64,000 bases of DNA, from positions 40,473,190 through 40,537,189 of the forward strand of contig NC_085846.1 in assembly GCF_035594765.1 (NCBI RefSeq), given 5' to 3'. The first letter of the stretch is position 1; the number at the start of each line of letters is the position of its first letter. This DNA comes from Anolis carolinensis. Lineage: Eukaryota. The position numbers and the translations under genes are program-made. Shown here piece by piece: positions 27,201 through 57,173 of the stretch. Under the pieces are notes generated by a model. It saw only the letters and a program-made list of their open reading frames with translations, did no database searches and was not told the origin of the DNA.

Positions 27201-30200
27201 ATAAAGTCACGTAGAGAGTGCCTAGAAGTTTGAACTCATATTCCCAGCTCCAATATATCTTCAATGAACTTCCATGCCAAAGAGTATGTATTTTAGATAA
27301 GCTTGACTTTTAGCAACTCTCATTTTAGAGTAACTAAACGTCTTATTTTCCTGGAGGATTTCTGTCTTCTGTGTCCTTAGAAGTATCCTTGAAAGTAAGG
27401 ATCCTTGGTTCTCAAAATGTTCAGCATAAGGTCATTAAATGGGGAAGAGAGGCACACCACTTCTGCTTCTTATGAAATTCCTTTTTCTTCTTCTTGTTTT
27501 CTTTCTTCCTCTCCTCCATTGTTTCTTAAACATACACACACATTTCTCTCAGACAGTCCAGCCAGCATCCTGTACTGAGCTGCTTCGTTTCCCAAATTCT
27601 TGGCAGCCTTTCTGTATAAACAGCTTATTTTTAGTCTGAGGTTAACAGTGCAAGAGCTTGCATCCCATTTTCCCACAACTATGGAGGGAAGGGGTGTGGG
27701 GGGCTGAGTTCTCTTTTCGCTCAAAGGGGAAAGTGCAATGGTGCTAGAATAAGAGTATGTATTGGAAGAAGTTTGGAAAGTAGAGCAGCAATCTTCAGAC
27801 CTTGCAAACCCTGACCCCATCTTTTTATTAGTCATTAAATCTAAGAGTATGCTTCTTTTAACCATATATTTACACAAGGGCAGTGCTGCTGTTGTGAGTC
27901 ACTTCATCTCAGACTATCACTCACTACTGGTATCTAACCCAGTAGTGAATACCTGTACTCTTCAATGGATCAGATCAGGAACCAAGCTGCCATTTTCTTT
28001 TGTCTTTCACCTTGTAAGGGAAAGAAGGGCAATAATAAGGAGAAAGGCACAGAAAAAAATAGACAAAATGGATACCAAGCAGCACTATGGGGTTAAAGAC
28101 ACCTCTACATGTGTAGATATTGAAGACATCTACTGCAGAGGAAGCAGGGGAAAAGGACATTTTGGTCCAGAACTGAAATGGATATGAATCTAGACTACAT
28201 TCTGTAAATGTGTTGGATTCCAACTTCTGTTATTCCCAGCCAGCAAATAATTGGGAATGTTGACAGGGGTGAAGATAGTAGTTACCCAAGGGCCATCAGG
28301 TTGAGGAAAGCAAGTCAAGAATCTTGAGGTAGAGAAAAAATTGGTTTACATCTCAGTTGTGTTTTGTTGATGACTTCCTCCCCTGACATTTGATTGTTGC
28401 CCTCAGGTCTTTGCCAGTGACTGAAGAAATGCACAGTTTGATCACAGAGAAGAAGTGTGGTCGAGTGCAAGGTGAATCTGATGCTATAGTGAAAGGTGAG
28501 ATATGTCATGTAGCACACAGTTTAGACTTAGGGGTCATTTTCTTACTCACCTGCCTGAAATCATGGTAGGAACTCCAGCACTGTCCAGTCTTGTAATGGA
28601 GAAGGTCTCCAGTACTTTGTGGAGGGGGAGTGGGGTGAGGTCAGTGTGTGTCATGGAAGGAATAATTTTTCTACACTTTAATCAAGCCTGCTGCCCTAGT
28701 TACAGCTTGCAATTTATGCAAGAATATTTAAACTCAGTATTATACTCAGTAGTTGCATAAAATTCCAGATCACTTAATCACCTGTAGCTCATTGTAATCA
28801 GGACCGAACCTCTTTCCACACCCTTGAAAGTACCTTCATCAACTAAGGAAGGGGTTGATTTAAATTCAAGGTCCATCTTTCCCTTTTTGTCTGCATCCTC
28901 CAGGCTGGCTGCAGAGAGAAGTCCGGGGTGGTATTAAAACTCCATGGTTGCGTCCTCGCAAGTACTGGTTCGTGCTGACAGAGGAATCCCTTGACTACTA
29001 CAGCGGGTGTGAGATGAGCGCCCGGCGCCTTGGCTCTCTTGTTCTCACTAGCCTTTGCTCTGTGCTGTGGCCAGACAAGCAGACCTACAAAGAGACAGGT
29101 AAATAATCTGTGTTTGTTTATGGCTCAAAAGTAGGAGAAAGCCCTGGCTAATCATATTTTTAATCATAATTTTGTTTTGTATGTGTGGCAGTAGTGGGCA
29201 ACCTAAGGCTTGTTCTTTTCCAACCAACTTCATTTTGCATGCCTTCTGCAGAAATTTGAGGGGTTACTTTTTTGGATCCCCATACAGCATGGACATTAAG
29301 ATGTAGTCCAGAAAACCACCTTTCAAAGCTTTCACTCTGTTATCTACAGGAATATAGGGTGGTGGTGAGGCTAACCTTGGATCCCAACAATTATATTTCA
29401 GAACACTTTCTGCTATTTGGCATATGAATGTGAAGTTGGGTTGGAGGAACTCTTAAGGCCTGCGTGTTTCCTCTATTGTTTCTGTGAACAACATGTTCAT
29501 TTTCCCTCTTCTGCAGGATACTGGGCCGTTACAGTTTTTGGCAGGAAACATTGTTACCGACTATACACAGAACACTTAAATGAGGCTGTGCATTGGGTCT
29601 GTGCTTTGCAGAAGGTCATTGTCAGCAAGGCTCCTGTGCAGACCCCCACCCAGATTCTCATGTGTGACATTGAGGTGAGGAAAACATGGATGGAGTGGCT
29701 GGAGATTGAGTCATCACAAGAGCATAGTGTTGATGCTAGAAATGATCGTGGGAGGTTGATCAGTATCTTAACTGGCAGTCAAGAACCTGGGAAGATATAT
29801 ATTTTTAGAAATGTATGAGGATCACATGGTCACTGAATGGTTTGCTTTCTGAATGTCAGGAGAGGAGTCTTAGGTATATAGCTTTGACCTGAGGGGTTTC
29901 TATGTTTATTTTATTTTTAAATTGAATTGTTTTATGAACGCTGAAATAACAATTCTGTTGATTGTTCAAAATGTATTTATCTGACCAACCCTTCTGAGTG
30001 TTGAACTAAATTCCTATTATCCCCACAGTGATGAGAGTTATAGGACGTTGCATCTGGAGGGCTTTAGGTTGGAGAACACGAAAAGTCATGCATCTATTCT
30101 AGAGTAGTGGCTTGGTTGAATCTGTGCCCTGAGGTCCATGAGGTTGATTAGTTAACAGCAGGCATTCACATACACACCAGCTTTGTAAAGTGATTTCTGG

Positions 30201-33200
30201 TACTGATTGGATAGAATTGGAATGATTCTCAGATCTTTTTCTTTCCCCCTCCTAGGAAAACCGTAACAGCCCAGAAATCTTGGATCAGATTTATCACAAT
30301 AATCCTGTACTGTGTTATACGGGTGGCCCAATGTATGCACCGTTGTTGCCTTTTCCTTATGCAGGTGAGTGACTCCTGACACATTACTGTATCCTTGTAA
30401 AATTGTGGCCTTGATCTTTTGGCAGTATGGGACTGGGTGCTAGACGGATTGGGTACATGGAAATTTGAGTAAGAGCTCATATCGCTTCCTTCTTGTGTTC
30501 TGCAGCTCCAGGTGGCCAAGGGTATGCAGGGCTCCGCGATGAAGCTGTTAAGCTTTTTCACTCCCTGCAGCAACTGGAGGGGGTACGAGAGCCAGCCCTG
30601 CTCATGCAAGGGGTGCTGCAGACTTGCCATGACCTCCCACCTCTAGTGGATGAGATCTACTGCCAACTGGTGAAGCAAACAACAGAGCCACCAATGCCAG
30701 GTGCACCCTCAGACTTGCGCTACTGGCAACTGCTCACGTGCATGAGCTGCACGTTCCTGCCTTCCTTGCCTGTACTATGCTACTTGCAGCTGCATCTACA
30801 ACGGTGAGCTTTTGGGAAGGAAAAAAGTTTGCAGATGGTTGCTCTCATGCTTTGTTCATGGTGTAAGGCAGAGAGTTAAGAGGACAGCCCCCTCCCCACC
30901 AATCTGCGGGCAATTTTGTCCTTTTTTAATTTGCACAGCTTTTTTTCATGGGGAAAAGTTTTAGGATAATAATACATTTTAATTTATTATCTGCCTCTCT
31001 TTTCAGCTTTAGGTGTGGCACAACATAGTTAATTAAATACATCTATAAAATCACATGTTAGAACATAGTTAAAATGCAACCATAAAAGCACATATTAAAA
31101 CACACACACATTAAAATACATGAGACAAAACTTGAAACACAATAAATATAGAAGGTGATTTAAAAGTCATAGTTAAAACGGACTGGGTAGGTCTGCCGGA
31201 AGAGATAGGTCTTTAATTATGTCTTAAATTTTGACAGCTCATTTAGCTGTTGGATCTCTTCCAGGAGGTCATTCCACAGCCTTGGGGTGGCCAATGAAAA
31301 GGTCCTCTGGTTGTTGTTTTCCAGTCAGGAAAAGTTTCCTTGTCTTCCCTCCCAGCCTCTGTACTCCGAGACAGGATACTTCCGATTACCGGATGGTGGG
31401 TTGACAAGCAGGGAAGAATATTTCCATCGTGCCCTGCATGTGAACTTGTGGTTTGCCTCAGTCATTGCTGGTAGACAGGAAACTGAGCAGAAAGATCGTT
31501 GATCTGATACATGAAAGGAATGTATAGTTTCTCTGTCGGGAATCTCCTTGTGGGCCCAGCAGTTTTCATGCTGAGGAGACATTGCACCACATGCCTTGTG
31601 TGTTTTTTTTTTCCTAACGCCGGCCCTTTCTTGACCCTAGCAGGACAGAACGTAGGTTCCCCGACTCAGAGATGGTTCTGTATGGACACTTCATCACAGA
31701 GGCCCTGTGCAAGACTAAGGGCCGGGAGTGTGTGCCCTCACTGGATGAGATTGCACGGCTAATGAGACGCCAAGAAATGGTGTGCACTGTGCACTGCCCT
31801 GGCACTGACACGTGCCAGGTGGCCATCACGTCCCATACCACAGTCCAAGAGGTGAGCAGATGACAAAAACCTAGCTAGCAGGGGTGGGAACAGGGGTGAT
31901 ATTTCAGTTCCAAATAAAATCCGTCACTGTGTGTAGAAAGTTGTGACAAAACAAAGAGATACTGGTTCTACTTCCATCTCTACCTGAATCGGGAACAAGT
32001 GTTAAATAAGAGGGGGAAATGCTGTCAGATGCAATTTCCATCAGTATTAATAAGCATAGTCAAAGTTGAGAACTGCTGGGAGCTGAAGTCCATCTACATC
32101 TGAAGGGCTGCACTGTGCTGCTCACCTCTGTTCAAAGATGTTGCCTCTGTCTTCATCAGGAGGGCCAAGCATTCAAGAATTCACCTTACAATCCCCTCTT
32201 CCCCCACAGCTATCTTTCCTCAGCATGCTTGACCCTGTCTGTGTCCCCTTTGCAGCACTGAGTGCCCTCCTGCTGGAAATGGCCAGGCCTCCTGTCACCT
32301 CCTTTGTCTCCTCGTCCCAGGTGGCCCGGGAACTGATGTTGCGCCTGGGCCTGGCCTGTAGCCCCAACTCGTTTGTCCTCTATGAGGAAAGCTGGCAGCA
32401 TGGATGCCCCCTTCCAGAGGATGCCCTGGTGGCAGATGTCCTCGCTAGGTTTGAAAAGTAAGTGTCCTTTACATAGAACTGTAACTTGTGTTTTTGCTGT
32501 GAGGGAACAGAGGAATGGACCCAGAAATTGACAATATGTTGAAAAATCTAACATTTAAAATCAAGCAAGATCTTTGTAGCTGTGCAGATAGTAAATATTG
32601 GGGCACTGAAGGAGGTATAAGCACGTGGCTATAGAGATGAGGGCCTCCCTACAACTAGCAGAAACAGAATGTGCAAAATAAGGATATAGTGCAGATTTAA
32701 GATAAAGGCAAGAAACCTGTGTACAATTTTAGTTGGGATGGCCAAAAAGACAGGGCAGGGAGAATAGTTCAGGGGTGTCAAACTCATTTCCATCAAGGGA
32801 CACATCAGCCTTATGGTTGCCTTCAAAGGGCCATTAAATCCATGGACAGAATCCATGGATAGAGAGCCAACTATGTTTTTCATGAAGTGGCCGGTGCTCT
32901 TTAGTTTTTACCCAGTGTGGGTCCCCAGATGTTATTGAATGGCAATTCCCATAACTTTTGATTATCTACCGTGTGGATTGGGGGTAATGGATATTGGAAC
33001 CCAACAACACTGGTGGCTGTGAGGTTGAGAAAAGGTTGAGAGGATAGTTTGAAGTCAGACATCATGTCCACAAGCCTTGTATCTAAATCCAAACTCTACT
33101 ATCCTGAGTAAACAGGACCAAGTGCAGGGTTCCGGATGTTACCGTATCACAACTCCCATCATCTCTAGTAATGATGTCTAATTATGAGGAATACAGATGT

Positions 33201-35714
33201 AGTCCAGTATCTGGAGGGCCATATAAAATGACACGGCAGGCCAGATTTGGCAGACCACATTAGTCTTATCAGCTAGTCCTTTCCATTTGCCCAATTTCTA
33301 TAAAAGGTGACCAAACACAAAGGTCATGTTGGGAGTTTGGTGTCGTATTGGCCTGAAAGACTATTTTTGCTTCTGTGTCATATCTAGCTTGACTGGGGAA
33401 GAGCAATACTGGAAGCCCCCCGCGAGACTCTGGTTCAGGCACTATGGGCGTCCAACCGTGGACAGTGTCCCATGCGACAGCCAAGAATTTGCACTGCTAT
33501 TTAAAAAGGTAAGGATCAGGCTTCATTAAAGGTCGAGCCTGGAAAGAGTATCACTTCTTTAACTTCTCTATAGGCTCACAAACTGCTCTTCCATAGCTCT
33601 GTGCTTGCCTCTAAGGAAGCATTCCAGTTTGGAGCTGCATTCTACTTGCTGATCCTGAATGGCAACTTTTCAACTCAAGTTTTTTGGGCAGGCTATTGCC
33701 TGTCAGCCTACTGTACTTACTCTTACTCTTCTGCATTCTAACTCCAAGATCTTCTTTGCCACCAGGGGATTTATCACTGCAGTATTATCTGCTGGACTTT
33801 GGAACGGCACCTCTCTGGCCAAGCAGCGGGTGAAACAGAAGGAAAGACGACACAGCCATCTTCAGGAAGAGGCCAGCATGAGCAGATGGAAGCGATTTCA
33901 AGTGATGAGACAACTGGAGGCCAAACCAACCTATCGCAGCCTGGTGGACAAGTGGTTGGCCTTTGGTTTTGCCCTCTTTGATGTAGAGGCTCATGAGGTA
34001 AGTTCTCAGCTCCTTTTTAAAAGCACTAGGCATGATGTTGAGATGTAGTTGGTGTTTGGCATGCTAAGAATGACAGGAGACAGGAGGTGCACAGGAGTTG
34101 TGAGGAGTGAGGTGGTACTTTTGGCAAAGCAGGATATGCATAGTATGGATTTCAAATGTAGAAGGGGTATAAAACACATAGTGCTGGTAGGAAAAGAGGC
34201 ATGTTTATGAAATAGATTTCTATTTCTGGACATCTCTATCATTCTTGCCTGTTAAGATCAGACAAGGACATTTATTCCTAATCTTGGAAAATGCACGTTT
34301 AAAAGGTAGCCAAAATAGTATACTATTTCTATTTTGCTGTAGGAATGATAGCACTGCATACAGGACAAAGACTGGTAGCCAATCTGCTTTGTCTTCTGCC
34401 CCAAGGAGATAGTGTTGTAGATTGCAAGCTAACACTTAAAAGAGTTTCAGATGTAGCTGTTCCCTTTTATGGGAATTTTTTCTGGGTGTTGTTCTTCACC
34501 ATTGATCCAGGACACACTGACAAAGAGTACTGGAAAAGGGTATGTGGGACGCTACCAACACCCACAAAAACCAGTGTGGTACAGTGGGTTGAGTGTTGAA
34601 CTACAACTCTGGATATCATGATTTGAATCCCTGCTTGGCCATGGAAACTCACTGGATAGCTTTGGGCAAGTCACACACTCTCAGTCCCAGAAACTCCCTT
34701 TAATGAAAAATGTGAAAACCATTAGTTACTCTTTTAAAGAATGTATGTAAAATACATTGATGATACATTTAAAATGACAGGTGCCATAATCTGAAACAAA
34801 CAAGTAGTAAACAGAATTATAGAAATCTGGTTTTGTTTTGTTTTTTGTTTTGTAATTCACTCTGGTTTAGGTAGCATTACAGAGGACAGAGCTGAAGCTG
34901 TAGCAATCTTGTCATTATTCAATGATTCTTGAGATCTCTTGTATTGCCCAGTTTCAGCAATAAACATCGATCCTCTTAGTTGTTAAGTGTATCTTTCAGT
35001 AAAAGATCATTTTTGGAAGCTGAATAGTTTGCAGAATATAAACTACCATCCTTATCATTAAGGCATTTCCCACTCATTTGTTGTTTCTGGCCTTGGCCAA
35101 AAAGGAAAGGAACTATTTGGGGCAGCCATCTTCAATGGATTAAGACATGGGTTTTTCCAAATCTAAGAAGTCCAATAGCATAGCACCCACAGTATATTCT
35201 AACATTTTGGCTGGAAATTTTTATTAGTGATGGATTGGAAAATCACTTGTGCATGTAACTTGTTTTGGATACTGTGCCTCTTGCACAGAGTACAAAACTT
35301 CCCACCCATGAAGATTCCCAAGAGGGTGTTGCTGACAAGGAAAGAGTCAGGGACTGTATCCCATTTCCCATCAACTTCAGTAGCAGTGAAGACTGGACAC
35401 TTCTTAGTTGCCCCACCCATAGATAGATGGCTACAACCATCATGGGGCCGGAACACATGAAGCACAAGATATTTTCTTTTGTTTAAAGACCAATCATAAT
35501 CTGAGGCCCTGAGATGTAGCTTATTCACTCTTGTGCAAATATGGCACTGGTCCCAGCTCCAAATATCAGGCTTAAGCCTTAAATCTGCTAGCGACTGGGT
35601 TCGGATGACATCTGATCTCGCAGTGACTTTCTGCCTTGATTTCAGGCAAAGGAGATTGTGCAGCTTCTACAGGCAAGCATGTTCAGCACCACCCTGCAAC
35701 GGGAGACTCACTGA
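12127..35714 (+). CDS. PLEKHH3: Pleckstrin homology, MyTH4 and FERM domain containing H3 (exons 1-10 intact, 3' part disrupted)
   Basis: N-terminus [27 protein letters not shown] domain (GWL...[14 protein letters not shown]), MyTH4 ([12 protein letters not shown]) and FERM N-lobe match human PLEKHH3 as recalled. Exon phases are consistent through exon 10 (1524 nt). Convergent with TUBG as in mammals. Confidence 0.93.
12281..13380 (+). mobile_element. Longer, older member of the hAT-like family seen at 26352
   Basis: Both ends match that MITE (CAGGCCCGT..AGAAAAAA..TTCGGGAGGGG; CATGGGGATTTGGTTAACCAGTTAAAATTCATGAGTAAACCAGG); no TSD visible. Confidence 0.65.
14125..14780 (-). mobile_element. CR1 LINE ORF2 fragment
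   Basis: [23 protein letters not shown] motif. Confidence 0.92.
15790..16600 (-). mobile_element. L1/Tx1-clade LINE ORF2 C-terminal fragment
   Basis: CWR*...[10 protein letters not shown] zinc-knuckle remnant; A-rich coding strand. Confidence 0.75.
19466..19722 (+). mobile_element. 5S rRNA-derived SINE head, tandemly duplicated (2 x 125 bp)
   Basis: GTCTGATCTC..AAGATAAGCAG..TACTTGGAAGGGAGAC resembles the 5S internal control region. Copies at 19473-19597 and 19598-19722. Related minus-strand copies near 17070-17148 and 17995-18085. Confidence 0.75.
22786..22920. mobile_element. 135-bp hAT MITE (SPIN-like TIR)
   Basis: TIR CAGTGGTTCTCAACC; perfect 8-bp TSD TCCTAAAC. Confidence 0.92.
23335..23595 (-). 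mobile_element. tRNA-derived SINE
   Basis: Box A TGGCCTAGGGG, box B GGTTCGAATCC, oligo-A tail, 13-bp TSD AGCTGAGAGCTTC. Confidence 0.88.
25431..25492 (+). CDS. PLEKHH3: PLEKHH3 exon 2
   Basis: Polypyrimidine tract and [23 protein letters not shown], donor GTGAG; 62 nt. Confidence 0.88.
26352..26633. mobile_element. 282-bp hAT MITE
   Basis: Imperfect TIR CAGGGCCGTAGC/GCTACAGGCCTG; perfect 8-bp TSD CCTGTATT. Confidence 0.9.
28407..28495 (+). CDS. PLEKHH3: PLEKHH3 exon 3
   Basis: [16 protein letters not shown]...ESDAIVK; 89 nt; phases 2/1 fit the neighbouring exons. Confidence 0.85.
28904..29098 (+). CDS. PLEKHH3: PLEKHH3 exon 4 (PH domain)
   Basis: [10 protein letters not shown]...[14 protein letters not shown]...[14 protein letters not shown]...KET; 195 nt. 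Confidence 0.95.
29517..29674 (+). CDS. PLEKHH3: PLEKHH3 exon 5 (PH C-terminus)
   Basis: [16 protein letters not shown]...[16 protein letters not shown]; 158 nt. Confidence 0.95.
30256..30364 (+). CDS. PLEKHH3: PLEKHH3 exon 6
   Basis: [19 protein letters not shown]...[10 protein letters not shown]; 109 nt. Confidence 0.93.
30506..30803 (+). CDS. PLEKHH3: PLEKHH3 exon 7 (MyTH4)
   Basis: [13 protein letters not shown]...[11 protein letters not shown]...[12 protein letters not shown]; 298 nt. Confidence 0.95.
31644..31851 (+). CDS. PLEKHH3: PLEKHH3 exon 8
   Basis: [10 protein letters not shown]...[10 protein letters not shown]...CTVHCPG...SHTTVQE; 208 nt; tandem TAGCAG acceptor. Confidence 0.93.
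32321..32457 (+). CDS. PLEKHH3: PLEKHH3 exon 9 (FERM)
   Basis: [12 protein letters not shown]...[10 protein letters not shown]; 137 nt. Confidence 0.93.
33388..33508 (+). CDS. PLEKHH3: PLEKHH3 exon 10
   Basis: [20 protein letters not shown]...EFALLFKK; 121 nt; phases 2/0. Confidence 0.85.
33574..33997 (+). pseudogene. PLEKHH3: PLEKHH3 exon 11, frameshifted (in-frame TAA at 33739-33741)
   Basis: Starts AHKLLF in one frame and ends AGLWN...LAKQR...WKRFQVM...FGFALFDV in another. Length 424 nt = 3n+1 between a TAG acceptor and a GTAAGT donor. Confidence 0.75.
34343..34549 (+). pseudogene. PLEKHH3: Possible degenerate PLEKHH3 exon 12 remnant
   Basis: Acceptor-like TTTTGCTGTAG and a weak motif LLPQGD..VVDCKL resembling LSRPGE..VAACQL. 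The phase-0 frame stops immediately (GAA TGA). Confidence 0.25.
34572..34692 (+). mobile_element. Old tRNA-derived CORE/MIR-like SINE
   Basis: GTGGTACAGTGG box A, TTTGAATCC box B, TTGGGCAAGTCAC core. Confidence 0.65.
35646..35714 (+). CDS. PLEKHH3: PLEKHH3 terminal exon (13) homolog
   Basis: TTTCAG acceptor, then [22 protein letters not shown], resembling human VEEIMQLVNAY. Confidence 0.6.
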   Translation, partial: AKEIVQLLQASMFSTTLQRETH

Positions 35715-36598
35715 CTACACTAACCAAGACTTCACTCAAACTGCAAAAGACATGACTCTGCCTAAGCTGATGGACTCCTATTCTGCTTTGACAGCATCCT
35801 TGCTGTCCAGGACCAGTGCCTTCTCCAGTCAGATACTTGTAGCAGGGATACTAGTGGTAATTAATGCTCCTAAGGAGCTGATAAGTATGTTTTCTCTCCT
35901 GTGCAGAGGCATTCCCCACCCCAACTTGTATTAAAAATATTTATATCACTATACTTCCTGTCCTTTGTTCTGAAATCCTAAAAAAAGTGGCTTTTCCCCC
36001 TTTCTTAAGGAGGTACAAAAACTGGACTGCTACATACAGATCACAATTTTTGCTTTTTATTTGTAATTCACTATTTTCCATTCATGTATCACACCTTGCA
36101 CAAGAGATACAAACGGTCAGTAAATGCTGTCTTAAACTGAAGCTCCCCTCCAGTGGCTGGCTCTTCTACAGTTCCTCTTTTGGAAAACAAATCAGGTTGG
36201 AAACAATGGATTATTAGCACTACTGTGAATATAACTAGAGGGGGAACCTGCCTTGTGAGAAAAACTAAATATAGGGTGTTCTGGCCTTCAGTAAAGTATG
36301 ATCTGCCAGCATAGAAAGCAGCAGGTGCACTAAGGGTGTTCCCCAGCTCTCATCCAGCAGATCTTCAATATTAAATGTATACATAAACACACATTTCCCA
36401 TAGGGACAATTTCCATTCTTTGCACACATCCCAGCAGAGGACTTTTGTTTTCATTGATACACAATTCCGCAATAATGTACATGTAACACAAGGGCTATAA
36501 AGGTTAGCAATTAGTCTTTCAATTCCCAAACCAAGGCCACTGCTGGCTTTTTTGAAAGCTGCCCAGTACTACAGCTATGCCTTTGCAAACAAAATGAG

Positions 36599-36818
36599 TC
36601 TTTCCATGTTCCTGCATGCCTCTTGTTTCCAGTACTGCATTTTAAAACCTTTCAAAAACAATGTGCCCATCATTTTCTTCTTGCAGAGTACTGCCAATTA
36701 CAACCCATTTGATAGGAAAAGAGCAGTACTCTGCAAGAAGAAAATGATGGGCACATTGTTTTTGAAAGGTTTTAAAATGCAGTACTGGAAACAAGAGGCA
36801 TGCAGGAACATGGAAAGA
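36599..36818. repeat. Perfect 96-bp inverted repeat with 28-nt spacer
   Basis: 36599-36694 is the exact reverse complement of 36723-36818. Confidence 0.97.
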
Positions 36819-37326
36819 TTACTAATAATATAGTAGGCCTGAGTTAGCTGCTAACTGATAATTCTAGACAGTAAAAACAATAATATAACCATGTTTACTC
36901 CATTTAACTTCTGATTACCTGGTTGTTGTGGAAATTATTACAGCAACTATGATGGAATGCTTCCCCTTGGAGTTAAGAATGAAGAGAACTGGAAAGAATG
37001 CCAAATAAATATACAGTACTTGGGGATTGTTTTCTACTCCCTCTTATTTCAGACAATATTAGAAAGGTGGAAGGGAGAGAAGGAACAAAAAAAGCTGTGT
37101 ATAATCAACCCCTTTATCCTTTGCAATACGAAAAGTTGCAGACTCTGAAAACTCTTCTTCCCTACATTCCAGTTATAGCTGCAGTGCAGTTACTGTCCCA
37201 TAAAAACAGAACAACATAAAGTGCCAGTTGGTATCTTATGCAAAAATACAGGTTTGTGTTATTTTAAATGTTATGGGCATCCTAGTGCAATTGTTCACTC
37301 TGGCACCTATGCCAACATAAATGTGT

Positions 37327-37335
37327 TTTAATAAA
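37327..37335. terminator. Overlapping poly(A) hexamers: ATTAAA on - (candidate TUBG1 proximal signal) and AATAAA on +
   Basis: TTTAATAAA about 320 nt downstream of the TUBG1 stop. Confidence 0.45.
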
Positions 37336-37649
37336 TACAAGTGCACCATGAAAGACAGCTTAGTAGATAAACGTGCTTAAGGACATTCAAAAGGAACAAG
37401 CAGAAGAAGTTACCCTAGTACTGCTTGCTATTAACCAGACCTGGTGACTCCTGATCTAAGGGAAGGTACCACATACAACCTTGAGGCAAATGGGCAAGGA
37501 TCTTAGCATCAGCATCAAAAAGGCATCTGATTCCCTTCCTTCCATGAAGGACCTGTGAACGCCCCCTCACACACAGATATGGGAGCTGGTGTATTTGAAG
37601 CAATCTTGAGGAAAACATGACAGAAGGCAAGAGAGTTCTACAAGCCAAC

Positions 37650-56527
<18,878 letters not shown>

Positions 56528-56943
56528 GGCGACTCCTTCTCCTCCCGCTTCCCGCCTAGAAATAAACACCCGCCGTTAGCCGCGCGCTGTCTGCTTTCTC
56601 CCTTTGGCAATCCGCGCTCTCTCTAGCAATGCGCATGCGCGGCAGAAACCACCCTCCCCTCTCATTGGATGAAAGACGCGCGCGCAAGTCACCCGCCGTA
56701 CGCCAAGATGGTGCGGTGCGGCTTTCCGTACGGGCAAAGCAGAGAAAGGGGGCGCCCATGACAGTGTGTGCGTGCGCGCGCCGGCTTCTTGTGTTGAGAC
56801 AGAGCCTGCCCCTTTCTCTCAATCTGTCTCTCTCTCTCGCGCGCGCGCGCGGCGGCCGTTGTTGACGGAGAAACGAAATGTTTCTGCCGCCAGTTTCACC
56901 GGTCTTCCGGTGACGCTGGGCTTTTGTGGGGGGAAGAAGAAGA
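56528..56943. promoter_or_regulatory. Bidirectional CpG-island promoter TUBG1/RETREG3
   Basis: 416 bp between divergent ATGs. NRF1-like TGCGCATGCGC 56630-56640, inverted CCAAT 56664-56668, YY1-like AAGATGG 56705-56711, ETS-like CTTCCGG 56904-56910. Confidence 0.88.
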
Positions 56944-57173
56944 ATGGAGGCGGCGGAGGATGAAGGGAGCAGCAATGGCGCCGGTTGTGGTTCCCTCAGA
57001 GGCGTCCAGGCCCCGGCGGCGGAGCGGGAGCGACGAGTGCGCGCCCTGAGCGCCTCTTTGAGGAGCTGCCTCGGGCCTTACGAGCCGGCGTTGAGCGGCC
57101 TGCAGGCCACGCTCGTGTGGGAAAAGCCGGCCAGAAGCGCCTTGGCATGGGCAGGAGCCCACGCAGCCTTCGG
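56944..57173 (+). CDS. RETREG3: Reticulophagy regulator 3 (FAM134C) exon 1; gene continues beyond the window
   Basis: MEAAEDEG...LGPYEPALSGLQATLVWEKPARSAL...AAF, donor GTGAGA. Head-to-head with TUBG1 as in mammals. Confidence 0.92.

Noticed and set aside
36552-36833. 93 aa ORF over the palindrome
   Set aside because: By-product of the inverted repeat; no coding signature.
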